Shown in pieces: positions 12,001-24,000 of a stretch of 64,000 bases of DNA (the stretch's first letter is position 1; each line of letters begins with the position of its first letter). The DNA is from Candidatus Omnitrophota bacterium. Its GTDB lineage: Bacteria > Omnitrophota > Gorgyraeia > Gygaellales > Profunditerraquicolaceae. Both the position numbers and the translations under genes were made by a program. The DNA lies in contig JAUSED010000005.1 of the NCBI GenBank assembly GCA_030650425.1, positions 142,932 through 206,931 of the forward strand, written 5' to 3'. The notes beneath the pieces were generated by a model. That model was given only the letters and a program-made list of their open reading frames with translations, searched no databases and was not told the DNA's origin.

Positions 12001-15000
12001 TCATCGATTAATTCTCCTGTTAGTAGTATTTAACATCTTTGGTAAGGAAAGTCAAGGTGAATTTATAATTAAACGCGAAGATCCGGAAGGCCCGGGGGAT
12101 CTACAGGATCTGGATCCGGGGGCATATGACTTAATTCTAAATAAGTATCGTGTCTCCGGAATTGCCACCTCTTGGGGATTAAGAGATATCCGAAGCGCAG
12201 ACATTATACAAGATATCTATTATGCATTAAAAATAATAGAAGATTTAGGCCGTAGATTAGGGTTATCAGGCAAGATGATTGATGGGGCACATAAGGTTTT
12301 TGCGCAAGTAATCTTTGCAGCCAGCCCGTTGGCCGCCGCCTCGCCGTCCTCGAGCCGTGTCTTAAGAGATGGCTCGAGGACCCCGAGCGAAGTGAGGGGG
12401 CAGGTGGATGAAAATCAGGCTAGCTCGCCGGTTAGAGAAGAGGAAGCTGCTGTCAGACTAGAAATTGCCAAAAAGCTTTGTCATAGCTTAAATAACGCTG
12501 TCAGTGGTTTTTATGCTTGGTTAACTTATTTGGAGCGGAAAACCCCTCATTTTGATAGAGGAAAAGGAAATACCCTTCTTGGGAAGATTAACGATTACAA
12601 TGAGCTGGTAAGCGAATCGGAGGAATTACTACAAAATCCGGATAAATTAAAGGAAACAGTTAATAAATTGGATACCCTAGTAAACGAAATTATAGAAATA
12701 TTGCCCAAGTTACGTAACTTTTATGATAACCAGGAGTTAACAGGAAGCATTGCATTAATTGGAGAAATAATTTCGGATGAATTACCAGAAAAACCGGTAA
12801 ATTTAAGCGAGGTTTTGCCCTGGATATTTCGCAGCGGGACGTTTTATCATGATTTTATGATAATAGATTACAAAAACTGCCTTGGGAAAGACGCATTTGT
12901 TTTTGTCAGCAAAGATAAACTATGGATTGTATTCGATAATTTATTGATGAATTCCATACAGGCTTTCCAGAAGTTTGATGTTATAAATAAAGAAGATAGA
13001 AGGGTTACGGTGGAGTTGGGTGAAGAAAGAGATTATTATACGGTTGTTTATTCCGATAACGGCCCGGGGATACCCGAAGATTTATTAAGCAACATCTTTG
13101 ATCCCTACGTAACAACTAAGGTCGGAGAACCCATATCGGGGTTGGGGCTTGCCATATGTAAGGAGATAGTCGCTAAGGCAAACGGCAGCATTACTGTAAA
13201 AAGCAAACAAGGGGAGGGCGCTACTTTTACTGTTTATCTGCCTAAAGAAACAAATGTTTTCGGAAAAGAAGGCGCCGCCTCGCCGCTGGCTGGTGAAGAA
13301 AATATAGGCCGGGAATTACAAGAGGCATTTGATAAAGCCGCATTGGATTTATTGTATTGGTTTTGCGGCATTAAATATCTTCCTTATGATTGGAAAATTC
13401 GTGCTTATATAAGGCCTTTAAGGCGAGGGGATTTACAGTTTTTGCTTGAAGAAAACTTCCCTACATTACTTTTTGATTTAAGGATAAATTGGTTTGAAGA
13501 AGTGATTGGCTATCGTCTTTACCCGGAAAGCGCAGGAATAAGAGAAAAAGAGATTATGCGGGGATTAAGAAAAGAGGTTTTTGATTGGTTCTTAAATAAT
13601 AGGCCGGCTGTTTTGGAAGAAGAGTTTGAAGGAATAAAAATAAAAGAATTTATTGAAGCGGCTATGACATCGACAGAGCAGCATTTACAATACTTAGGCC
13701 AAATGCTTGAGTTTATCAAAGGAGGCAAGCGGCAATCATTCGCTCCTTTTATGCAAAAAACGTTTAAAGAATTTCTTGAGAGAAGGATTAAAATTCTTAG
13801 ATGCCTGCGTCATATTGATCCAGCGTTTGTAATACACAAACTGCCTTTGTATGAGGAAAGAGTTAAAGAGATAGAAAATGAAGATATTGAGAGCGAATTA
13901 GAAGAGGCAAGAAAAGCGGGCAAAGAGGTTAAGGTTATAATAAAAGAAATCGCCAGGTATGAAGATACAGGCAGGCCATCTAGTCTTAGGGTTGAATATG
14001 AAGGCGAGATTGGCTTTGTGCGCATAAGAAACAGCGGTTTTAGCTCCTGGGCGCTTTCTCAACACCCTAAAGCTATTATTGGGGAAGAGGTTTACGCAAG
14101 GGTAATTGCTGTTAGGCCGCTTGAGTTTGGATTAATCAAAGAAAAAATCGATATTCCAAGAGTAGATACGAGGATTGTTTACAGGACAGACGCGGCTGGA
14201 ACAGGAGATAATAGGTTTAAGGAAGCCTTTAATAAGGCCGCGGAACAAAAAGCCAAAAAAGCTAAAAAAGGCCCATCCTCGGGTTCTCCGCTTGAGGAAG
14301 AATTCAATTTTTTGCGGCTACCGGTTAAACAAATAACAAATAAATGGCTGGAGTATATAAGAACAAGTTTTAGTGAAGACGAAGCCGCAAGTTCAAAGAT
14401 GAAGGGCGCGCTTAATGATTTAATTCAGCAGCTCGAAGCTTTAGGCGCAGAGCCTTTTGATAAGACAACAGAAGTAAGTATAGGTGATTTATATATAGAT
14501 ACCCTCTCCGGCACTATTACAAAAATAACAGATGTGAGAATAGGGCTTACCTGCGAGACGGATAGAATATACCCTATGCGCAAAGAGAAAAGAGAGCTGG
14601 CTATGACGGGTGGTAAGTTCTTATTAAGAAGAAGCGGTGTTTCTAGAGAGCAGGCAGAGTTAGCCTATCGGTCTCAAAGAGCAGAGAAAATTATCAAGGA
14701 TATCGAATTCGCTGTAGCAGTTAGTAACCACAAAATGGCTGTCGATTTTATAGAGGAATTAAGAAGGGATTATTCTGATATTGTTAGCTGTGCTAAATTA
14801 TCTGAACTGGATAGGAAAGTCGGCACTGTTCATCCAGACACACCTACTCCCGCTGCGCACAAGGCTTCTTCGTCAATTAAGAACAGCCTTACACTTTACA
14901 CATTAAACATTGCACAAACCATTCCCGTCGCCTCGCCGGTAGCGAAAATAAGATTGCTGGGAGATTATCCTTTAGCTAAAAATTCTTCCGGCAGCATTGT

Positions 15001-18000
15001 TTCGGTTAATCTTGAGGCAATTTTTAAGAATTTGGTATCGCGGGTAATCAGAATCGTGCCTGGTGAGGATAAAGCCAATGAAAGTAATATGGTATCAAAT
15101 GGGTCTAATGGATATTCTTCTTGTAATTTATTAGCCCGCAACAACTCGATTTCATCGGGGATTAGCACTTCAAGGAGCTCAGTTAGTTTATTGGCATCTT
15201 TGTTAATCTCTTTGGCAGGGTATTCTTTCTTGCGGCGGAGTAGAAACCTTATTTCTAATAGCGTAGTTAAAGAAATACAGCCTTTGATTTCCTTTGTTTC
15301 GACGCGGTTGATAATTTCAAAAGGGGCCTTCCAGAGATTCTTATTAGTAGCGGTTTCTGTTTCTTTGAGCAGCCAGTTAGCAATGACATCCGTATCAAGC
15401 AATACCGTTTTAATCTCTTTCATTGGGTTGGCAATAAATTTATTTTACCTTACCGCAGAGACTAAGGCGTTGGCCTTTGATAAAACCAGTGGAGGTTTTT
15501 CCTGCAGGAATAACCCCCTTGTACTTACCAAGCAATTCTCCAGCGGTGTTCGTCTTGCTAATTTTGGAAGTTTGCGCTTCCGTTCCCAGTACCCTCAGAG
15601 CTTCTCTCAGTGTAGTCATATCTCATCACCTCTAACAAAGGTTAACATAATCTCAAGACGCCGTCAAGATAATTCCGCCGCCGCCTCGCCGGTTTCAAAA
15701 GAAGCAGAAACAACTAAAACATTACTTTCCTTCCCAATTGCCGACTTGGATAAAGTTTTAAAGCTGGGCATAAAGTTGTTTGATTTTGGGTGTGGGCCTA
15801 TTGCCGGATGCCGCGGAGAATGGGGTTCTACTATTGTAAAACATTATCCCTATATAAACTATTATGGTATAGATGCGCAATTTTGTCTTGAGCGGCAATT
15901 GCGCCTGCCTTTTAGAAGACTCTTAAGTCTATTGGGAATACGCTTGGCAAGAGAGAGGATGAAATTTGAAATACAGTCCTATTTTGAACCGTTGCCGCAA
16001 GAATGGGGTAAGGCCGACATTATCATCTTAAATTCTCCTGAAATCACAGAGGATTATTTGGCGCGTATTAATAAGGGAGAGGTGGCGAAGGCGTTCTTTA
16101 AAAATCTCAAAGAAGGGGGAATAGGTTTGATTCTTTTTGAATCACATCTTTATTCATCGATAAATTCACTAATTACATATATATCTAGAGAGGCTGTGGC
16201 AGGCGGCCGAATGTATAAATCTTTCTCTATGGAATTTGGCGAAGAGAACATTAACCAAACAAATATCCCTAAGAATTACTATCCTGAGAAATTGACTGCC
16301 TATAGAAATTGGCAATTTGCCCAGAGAAATAACCGTCCTGATTTTGAGATTAGTTTTATCCAGGTTAGGAAATCGCTAGTAAATGGTAACGCTCCCCAAA
16401 GGGACACCTCTGCTACTCAAGGCGCCGCCTGCACTGAGCGAGCGCAAGCGAGTCGAGGCGCCTCGCCGCTAGTCTTGGAAGATAAGGTAAATGAAGAGTT
16501 AATAATATTATACGTGTTAAAAGATGAAGTATCGTCGCTTAGCGATAAACAAAAATATAACTTCGTTAAAAACAGGCTTTCCCTTGAGAAGAGAATAAGT
16601 TTATCTATCCCCGCCGCCTCGCCGGTGCAAGACAAAAACAGAATGTTATATGGAGGAAAACAGGCAAATTTATTAGGTCAGAAATATCTTGAAGGTATTT
16701 CCTTAGGCGAAGGCGTTACCATTGAAGTTATGGCTGCCGAAGAAGAGAATATTTTTACAACCGATGATTTTATAGATTTTCTTGTATTTAACAACGAATT
16801 AGTCAGTCAGATAGAGCATGTTTTGAAAGAATCCGGCAAGATTATGGAAGAAGAAATTCAAGGTTTGTTGTCGCAATTCGAGTTTCCTAAATCGCTCGAA
16901 GAGAAAGCGAATATTATCCAAAGCCATTTTGCTAAAGATGTTCTGCTTCTTGCCCGCGGTTCAGGGCAGAAAGAGGGCTCCAAAGAAGCAAGCCGCTCAG
17001 GAGTTTCTTTAAGTAAAAAAATTGACACTGAAACCTCTCTTTTTGAAGTCCTCCAGGAAATCTATCTACACGAACTAAAACAGGTATATCTTAAAGAGAG
17101 GCAGTCAATTTTGAAAAATCTTCTGGCGGTGACAGTTGTGCCGTACATAGATTTTGATTGCGGCATCATTGGCTCTTATTCCAAGAAAGATAACTCAACG
17201 ATTATTGATGTTGTCGTTGGCTCTTTAGAGACGGCCGTAGACCCCGCGAAACTGGGTTTAACCACTAACGAACGCCAGGTGCACGCCACAGCCCTGACTA
17301 TCAAGGTTCAAGATGGCAGGATTTTTGTTGCTAAAGAATATAACCTTAGGCCGCAGGAGATTATATATAAAGGTAAACACTATTTTCGCGAAAAGGCGAC
17401 CAAAGAGATATGGGAAGCAATGACAGATGTAATAGATGCAGAAAACGTGAAATGTATTCGCTGCCCGTTAAATAAAGACGAAATTTTAACCATTGATAAG
17501 CTAACGCGCCTGGCGGCTGAAGAATCCGATGCAGATATTTTATGGGAAATAGGCAAGATCGGCCGTATCCACGAACCTGCTTATGAGCTTTATATCCTTC
17601 AGGCAGATCCTTTAGTGCCTGTCGGATTTTATCAGCCTATCCCTGATAATTTAGAAAACATTATGGCGCGAAGTTATATTTCCCACGGTAATATACGCCT
17701 TGAGCGGGCAGTTGTGATGCTGGTAGAGGCGGGAGCTAAGGCAAGTTTTGTGGAAGCGGCCGCAGAAATCTTGGCTGAGGCAAGGATTCCTTTTATTAAA
17801 GTTCAGCGTCAGGCAGCCTGCCTTGATTTAAGCTTAGCGCACCGGGCAGCCGTAGAATGGGCAAATGTTTTGATTGATCCTGCGGCGCCATCCAAGTGGC
17901 CGCATACGCAGGTAAATTTGAGGGATTTTATTCGTGAGCATAATCATTCATTGTTTTTTGCCGATGGCAGGGTTTCCCAATTGGCTTTTGCCGGCGGCAG

Positions 18001-21000
18001 GGCTTTTCAGGAGCCGCTTCGGCGCTTAAACTATTGGCGGTTCGGAGGTGGCGTCTATCTAAGCGAAGAGTTGGTCGGTTTTATAGCTAATGACAGAGAA
18101 GCGATTATGTTCGGCCCAGCGCAGGATAAGAAGGTAACGGATTGTTATAGCAGAAACGGCCTTAGCCATTATTTTGGCAGCCATATTACCTTTTTAAGCT
18201 ATTTATTTGATGACGAGCTTAGAAATGGCTTTCTTTCTTTTGAGCCTACGGACAAAGAGCAAATGGATATAGTTTTTGGATACGCGATGGATTATTTGCT
18301 GCAAAGGTGCAAGAAAAGAGAGCCTCTTATGCCGGCATTGGAAGAATTACTTTCTAAGATACGGTTTGAGGAAAAGCAGAGGCTTAAAGAGGCAGGCGGT
18401 TATTATTCCTCCTGGGATAAAGAAAAAATACAAACCCTCATTGCAGAACATCCGCAGGCAGAAGCGCAATTATCCGCGTTAAAAGAAGAGATCAATTGGC
18501 TTAGGCGTCTTATTGCCCTTCCATTTTATCCAAATTACAGCCAGAGCCATATTACCAGAGCAGTGTTAAAGATTTTTGATGGCACCCGCGGTTTTGAGTG
18601 GAGATTTGGCGAAGAAATACAAGAAGCACATCCAAGGCCGCAAGGGCCGTTGAGGATTTTAATTGTTGATAGAACCCTTATAACGAGTCTCTACCTTAAG
18701 TCTTTTATTGAGGCGAATTTTAGTAAAGCAACAGTTGAAGCAATATATAATTGTTATGACGCGGCTGAAAAAATACCGTTTTTTGTACCGGATATTATCA
18801 TCTTAGATGGTAGGACCTCACACGATGATTATGGGCACGAATTAATGAGGAAGTATAACCAATTATCAAACGCGCCGCGGCTGATTTTAATTAGCGCCTG
18901 GGGTTTAGGCGACCTCTACCATGATACACAAGAATTGCGGAACGCTTATGCAAAAATACAGGTCTTAGGTTTTTACTCCCGCAGTGAAAACGAAGAAAAA
19001 ATTATCCCCTGGTTTAAACAAGTAGAAGATGAGATCAAACCAGCAAAAGAAGAAAGCCAAACCGCTGAAAAGAAGAAAGTAACTATATCTAAGGTGCTTT
19101 TTATTCATTATTCTAGCGAATTATTGAGAAATATTAGACTATATACTAAAAAGGCGCCTTTTGAAATCCTGACAGCTGATACAGAGGTAATGGCGGTTGG
19201 CATGATTAAAAAGCATCGTCCTGATATATTAGTCTATGACGTTAATTTTACACTTGAATCCCAAGCGCCTATAATCGGAGAATATATTAGGGTAAAAGGA
19301 GAAAGCGCTTATGTGATTCCTTGGTCAGCTGCGGAGTATTCCTTGAATGAAATCCGTCAGAGGCCAGGATGGAAAAAAATATGCGCACAGATAAAATTCC
19401 TTGATCCTGTGGTGATAAATTCAGATGCCGCGTTTTCGCGCTCCGGAGAAGGCGTAGATTATGTTATGGATGAAATCTTTAGGATAGTTTCAGGCCTGAC
19501 CGGGATTTCATCCAGCCCCTTAGCCAGCCCCGCCGCCTCGCCGGTCAGAGAAGAGGAAGCTGCTGTCAGATTAGAAATTGCCAAAAAGCTTTGTCATAGT
19601 TTAAATAACGCCGCCAGTGGTTTTTATGCTTGGTTAACTTATTTGGAGCGGAAAACCCCTCATTTTGATAGAGGAAAAGGAGATACCCTTCTTGGGAAGA
19701 TTAACGATTACAATGAGCTGGTAAGCGAATCGGAGGAATTACTACAAAATCCGGATAAATTAAAAGAAACAGTTAATAAATTGGATACCCTAGTAAACGA
19801 AATTAAAGAAATATTGCCCAAGCTACGTAACTTTTATGATAGTCAGGAGTTACTAGGGAGCATTGTATTAATTGGAGAAATAATTTCGGATGAATTACCA
19901 GAAAAACCGGTAAATTTAAGCGAGGTTTTGCCTTGGATATTTCGCAGCGGGACCTACTATCATGATTTTATGAAAATAGATTACAAAAACTGCCTTGGGA
20001 AAGACGCATTTGTTTTTGTCAGCAAAGATAAACTCTGGATTGTATTCGATAATTTATTGATGAATTCCATACAGGCTTTCCGAAAGTTTCATACTCTAAA
20101 GAAGGAAGATAGAAGGGTTACGGTGGAGCTGGGTGAAGAGAGAGATTATTATACGGTTGTTTATTCCGATAACGGCCCGGGGATACCCGAAGATTTATTA
20201 AGCAATATCTTTGATCCCTACGTAACAACTAAGGTCGGCGAACCCATATCGGGGTTGGGGCTTGCCATATGTAAGGAGATAGTCGTTAAGGCAAACGGCA
20301 GCATTACTGTAAAAAGCAAACAAGGGGAGGGCGCTACTTTTACTGTTTATCTGCCTAAAGAAACAAATGTTTTCGGAAAAGAAGGCGCCGCCTCGCCGCT
20401 GGCTGGCGAAGAAAATATAGGCCGGGAATTACAAGAGGCATTTGATAAAGCCGCGGAACAAAAAGCCAAAAAACCTAAAAAAGGCCCATCCTCGGGTTCT
20501 CCTATAGAAGATATCACCGCCTCCCCAAGAGGCGGAGCGGATAAATCCCCAAGAATTCTTGATCCTGACTATAAAAAATCTTCGCGTTTTATTGAAATCG
20601 ACCCGGAATATTTTCTGCCTGACACTCAATCCGGATTTTGGCTAATCGGGAAAAATGCTAAAGACATTTTTACAACTTGCACCGATATTGTATTCTTAAC
20701 TAAAGAAGAAAGAATATTCCTCGCTCATCTTCAGATTAATCCCAAACACCTTGAGAGCACAAACGAAAGGCAAAGCAAAGAACTGTTAGAGCGGCTGGTA
20801 GAGGACTGGAAAACCTATGGAGATAAGGACGAAAAAGGCCAAGGAGTCAGCACTTTTAATCCTCGAGAAATATTTAACGCGACAACTAAAGCGCTGTTAC
20901 TGAATAAATATCCCGCAAGAGAACCTTTTACTAATTGTTTAAGAGATTTTTTATTAGAGAAGGGGCTGGGTAAAGATAATATAAAAATAGATTTTGCAGC

Positions 21001-24000
21001 GCATCCAGCTGAGGATACGCAGATAGAATCTGTCAGTGTTTACCTGTGGCCTAAAGATAGACTTATAGAGACTGCCTTTGGCATATATGATTTACATTCT
21101 CCCGAGAGAAATAAGATTTTTGAGGTACATCGCTATCTTCGCGCCGAATTTAACTATCCGATTGTCTACGATTTACGCAATAATATTACAGCCGGCCCCG
21201 CCGCCTCGCCGGTGGATTCGAATGAAAAATCACTCTCGCCATTATATAAATCCTTCATTACCATTAATAAAGGAAAGTTAGAGAAACTCTCGGATTTACT
21301 TATTCAGCCAGATAAAGATATGCGGGATTTTGCGTTTGCCGCGCTTAAACTCTGCAAGAGAATGCCTAAAGAAGCCAAAGATATAATTAAAGAAGTAATC
21401 ACCAAAGTCCGCTTTGAGCAAATGATTGAGTTCTTTATGAAAGAGCCATCCGAATATGCCTTTAATTGCATTAAGTTATTTATAGATTTAAACCCCGCAG
21501 CAGCCCGTGAAAGTATCGGTAAAAAACACCTTTTAGAATTTATATCAATGATTAAAAGAAGGCATCCTGCCTGGATAATTTTATATAGATGTCTTGTGGA
21601 GTCTGGAAGATTAAATCCTGTTGAAATTGACGAAGAGGTCTTAAGAAATTTAATGAATTTAGAGGAAATGCCAAAAGAGCCTCTAAGCGGAGTAATACAA
21701 TATTCTATTCTAATAGCAGTTGAAGATTGCCTTAAATTATTTTCTTCTTTAAATAAGAGCGCTGTGACTCATAACCTTTTAGGGGAATTATTTTCTAGAG
21801 TGTCACCGGTTAATTTAATAGAAGAGCCTGATAAAGCAGCGCGCGCTGAAAATTTTCTTAAAATACTAGCGCCTTTCAATATTGAAAGCGCAAAATCATT
21901 TATTACGGGTCCGCTTCTAGAAAAGATGGCGAAATTGCGTAGAGGGCCTTTTAGGTTTTTTATCTCCATTAACCCTCAAGCAATCACCAAAAGTGTTGTG
22001 GTTGTTTTAGAATCTTACTTTGATCCTAAATACAATGATCATTCTGGCGCAATATCACTCTTATCTAAAGCTCACGCCTTGAATCCTGATGTGTGCAAAA
22101 AGGTTATTAAGGAAGATCTCTTAATACAACTGATGCGCCTGTTTTTTCAGAAAACACACATTTTTTCTTTAAGATACGCTTCTCTTATTAGAGAGTTAAC
22201 AAAATCCCTAAAATTAGAAGTCAAAAATATAACCGTGGTTTCCGATTTTCTTGGTGGGCTTTTGGAACTGTTATTGCGTCAGCTTAGCGGAGTAGGCGGG
22301 ACAGGTTACAAATATGATACAGAGAAAATTATTTCTTATATTAAGTTTTTTGCTCCTCTTTATCCAGAAGCAGTGGCTGACTTAAACCCTAAAGATAAGA
22401 CTATTAAATACCTTAAGGGGTGGCGTCGTATTCTTAATATAGATGAGGCGTATGAATTTCGCATTCTTAAGATTATAGAAGAAACTTTCGGCAGTACATG
22501 GCAGCCTGTTTTTAGAAAGGTAAAAGTAAATTGGTGGAATGGAGAGAAAGTTATACAACCAAAAGCTGGTAAAGCGCCTACAATTTCCTTTGAAGTTAAT
22601 GTAGACAAAGAAAATGTGACTGCGCCAAGCAAGCAATTAAAGGCTAGATTATGGGCCTGTGATAATAGTAAGCAAGAGCCAGTATGGCGTTTCTATAATG
22701 GCCGCCAGACAGATTTTACAGGGCAAGACACAGCTAAATTTGAAGTTTTACTCCCCAGAGGTTTTTTTGGAGAAGGGACAATGCAATATAGCACGGACAG
22801 CGGTAAAACCTGGCATTGGGCTAATATGGGCTTTGGCGACAACCTTACAGTATTACCAGCGCCTTCCGCCGCCTCGCCGGTTGCTAAAATAGCTTACAGC
22901 ATAAAGCATGTATCACATAAAAACTTCCTTCTTCTAAATCCAACATTATTGATTATTGCTGGTTTATTGCCATTAATCGCATTGCCCCTCCTTAATACAG
23001 GAATAATTGCGGTTATAATATCCGCAGGACTAACATTCCTAGGAGCTACAATCTTATCTTATTGGGTCATAAGACTATTCTTCTATCGGGGCTTAAGCCT
23101 CTCAACGAAGAAAATATTTTTATTAATATTTAGAATAGTTCAAATTTTTGAGATTGTATTTGGAATTAATCTATTGGCAATCATCGTATTGAATCTTTTG
23201 GGGATTAGATCCCCAAGATCTATTATCTTTTCAGAACTCTATCATTGGACATATGCCATCTTGACTTTTTACGAAATAGTTAACCATTACATTTATAGAG
23301 GATTAGGTAGTACTTTTAAATTTTATAATGACCTTTGGAATAATATCATAAGATTATTCCTTAAAGATAAGATTGATTTTAGTAAACCGGTAGGGGGTGC
23401 GATTGGAATTCAATTAAATAAGTTAAAAAGAGTGTTAGATATGGGAAAAGATTCTCAATCAAAAGAGCACAGTAACTCAAGTCCATTGGCTGTAACCTTT
23501 AGTCAGCTCAGAGCCCATAGTTCAGAATTCATAGATACGAGACTATCAACTATGAACAATGAAGAATTAGCTAAACATGCCGCCTCGCCGGTTTCGGGGT
23601 TCCTTGTATTGTTAGATGATAAGCAAGCCCGTTGCTTAGCAGATGAAGTGAATAGGACTTTAGGGGGAAATATTTTATCTTGGTGTCAGTCAGTAATAAT
23701 GGATGACTATTTTTGTGAGTTTGAATCCGGCCAACGTATATCTACGGATAATAAAGTGTCACAGGTTATTCGTTTTGGGCCATTGGTATTTGTTGTGATT
23801 TCTAGGACGCCCTCTAAAATAATAAATAATCTTTTGAAACAAGATATTGCTGAACTTAAAAAAAGGCTGGGAAAGGTTTATTCAGAGAATAAAACAAATA
23901 TTTTCTTTATAACTCCGTCTTACTATGACGTGTCGCCGTTGAGTAAATTTACTATGCCGGTTATCGCTGCTATGTTTAATTACAGGAATGAATTCAAGGA

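Noticed and set aside
12061-12130. Cloning-vector polylinker remnant
   Set aside because: The site order does not match pUC or pBluescript-type MCS. The sequence lies exactly where a TA operator is expected. I retained it only as a flagged caveat in the findings.
2440-16635. Minus-strand ORFs in the track that contain TGEAA or ETGEAAEVF peptides (2440-2874, 6619-6843, 9961-10296, 11212-11556, 16417-16635)
   Set aside because: TGEAA is simply the reverse complement of the junction core (ACCGGCGAGGCGGC). These antisense frames are open only because they are codon-aligned opposite an open + frame. They show no domain signal or SD, so they are spurious.
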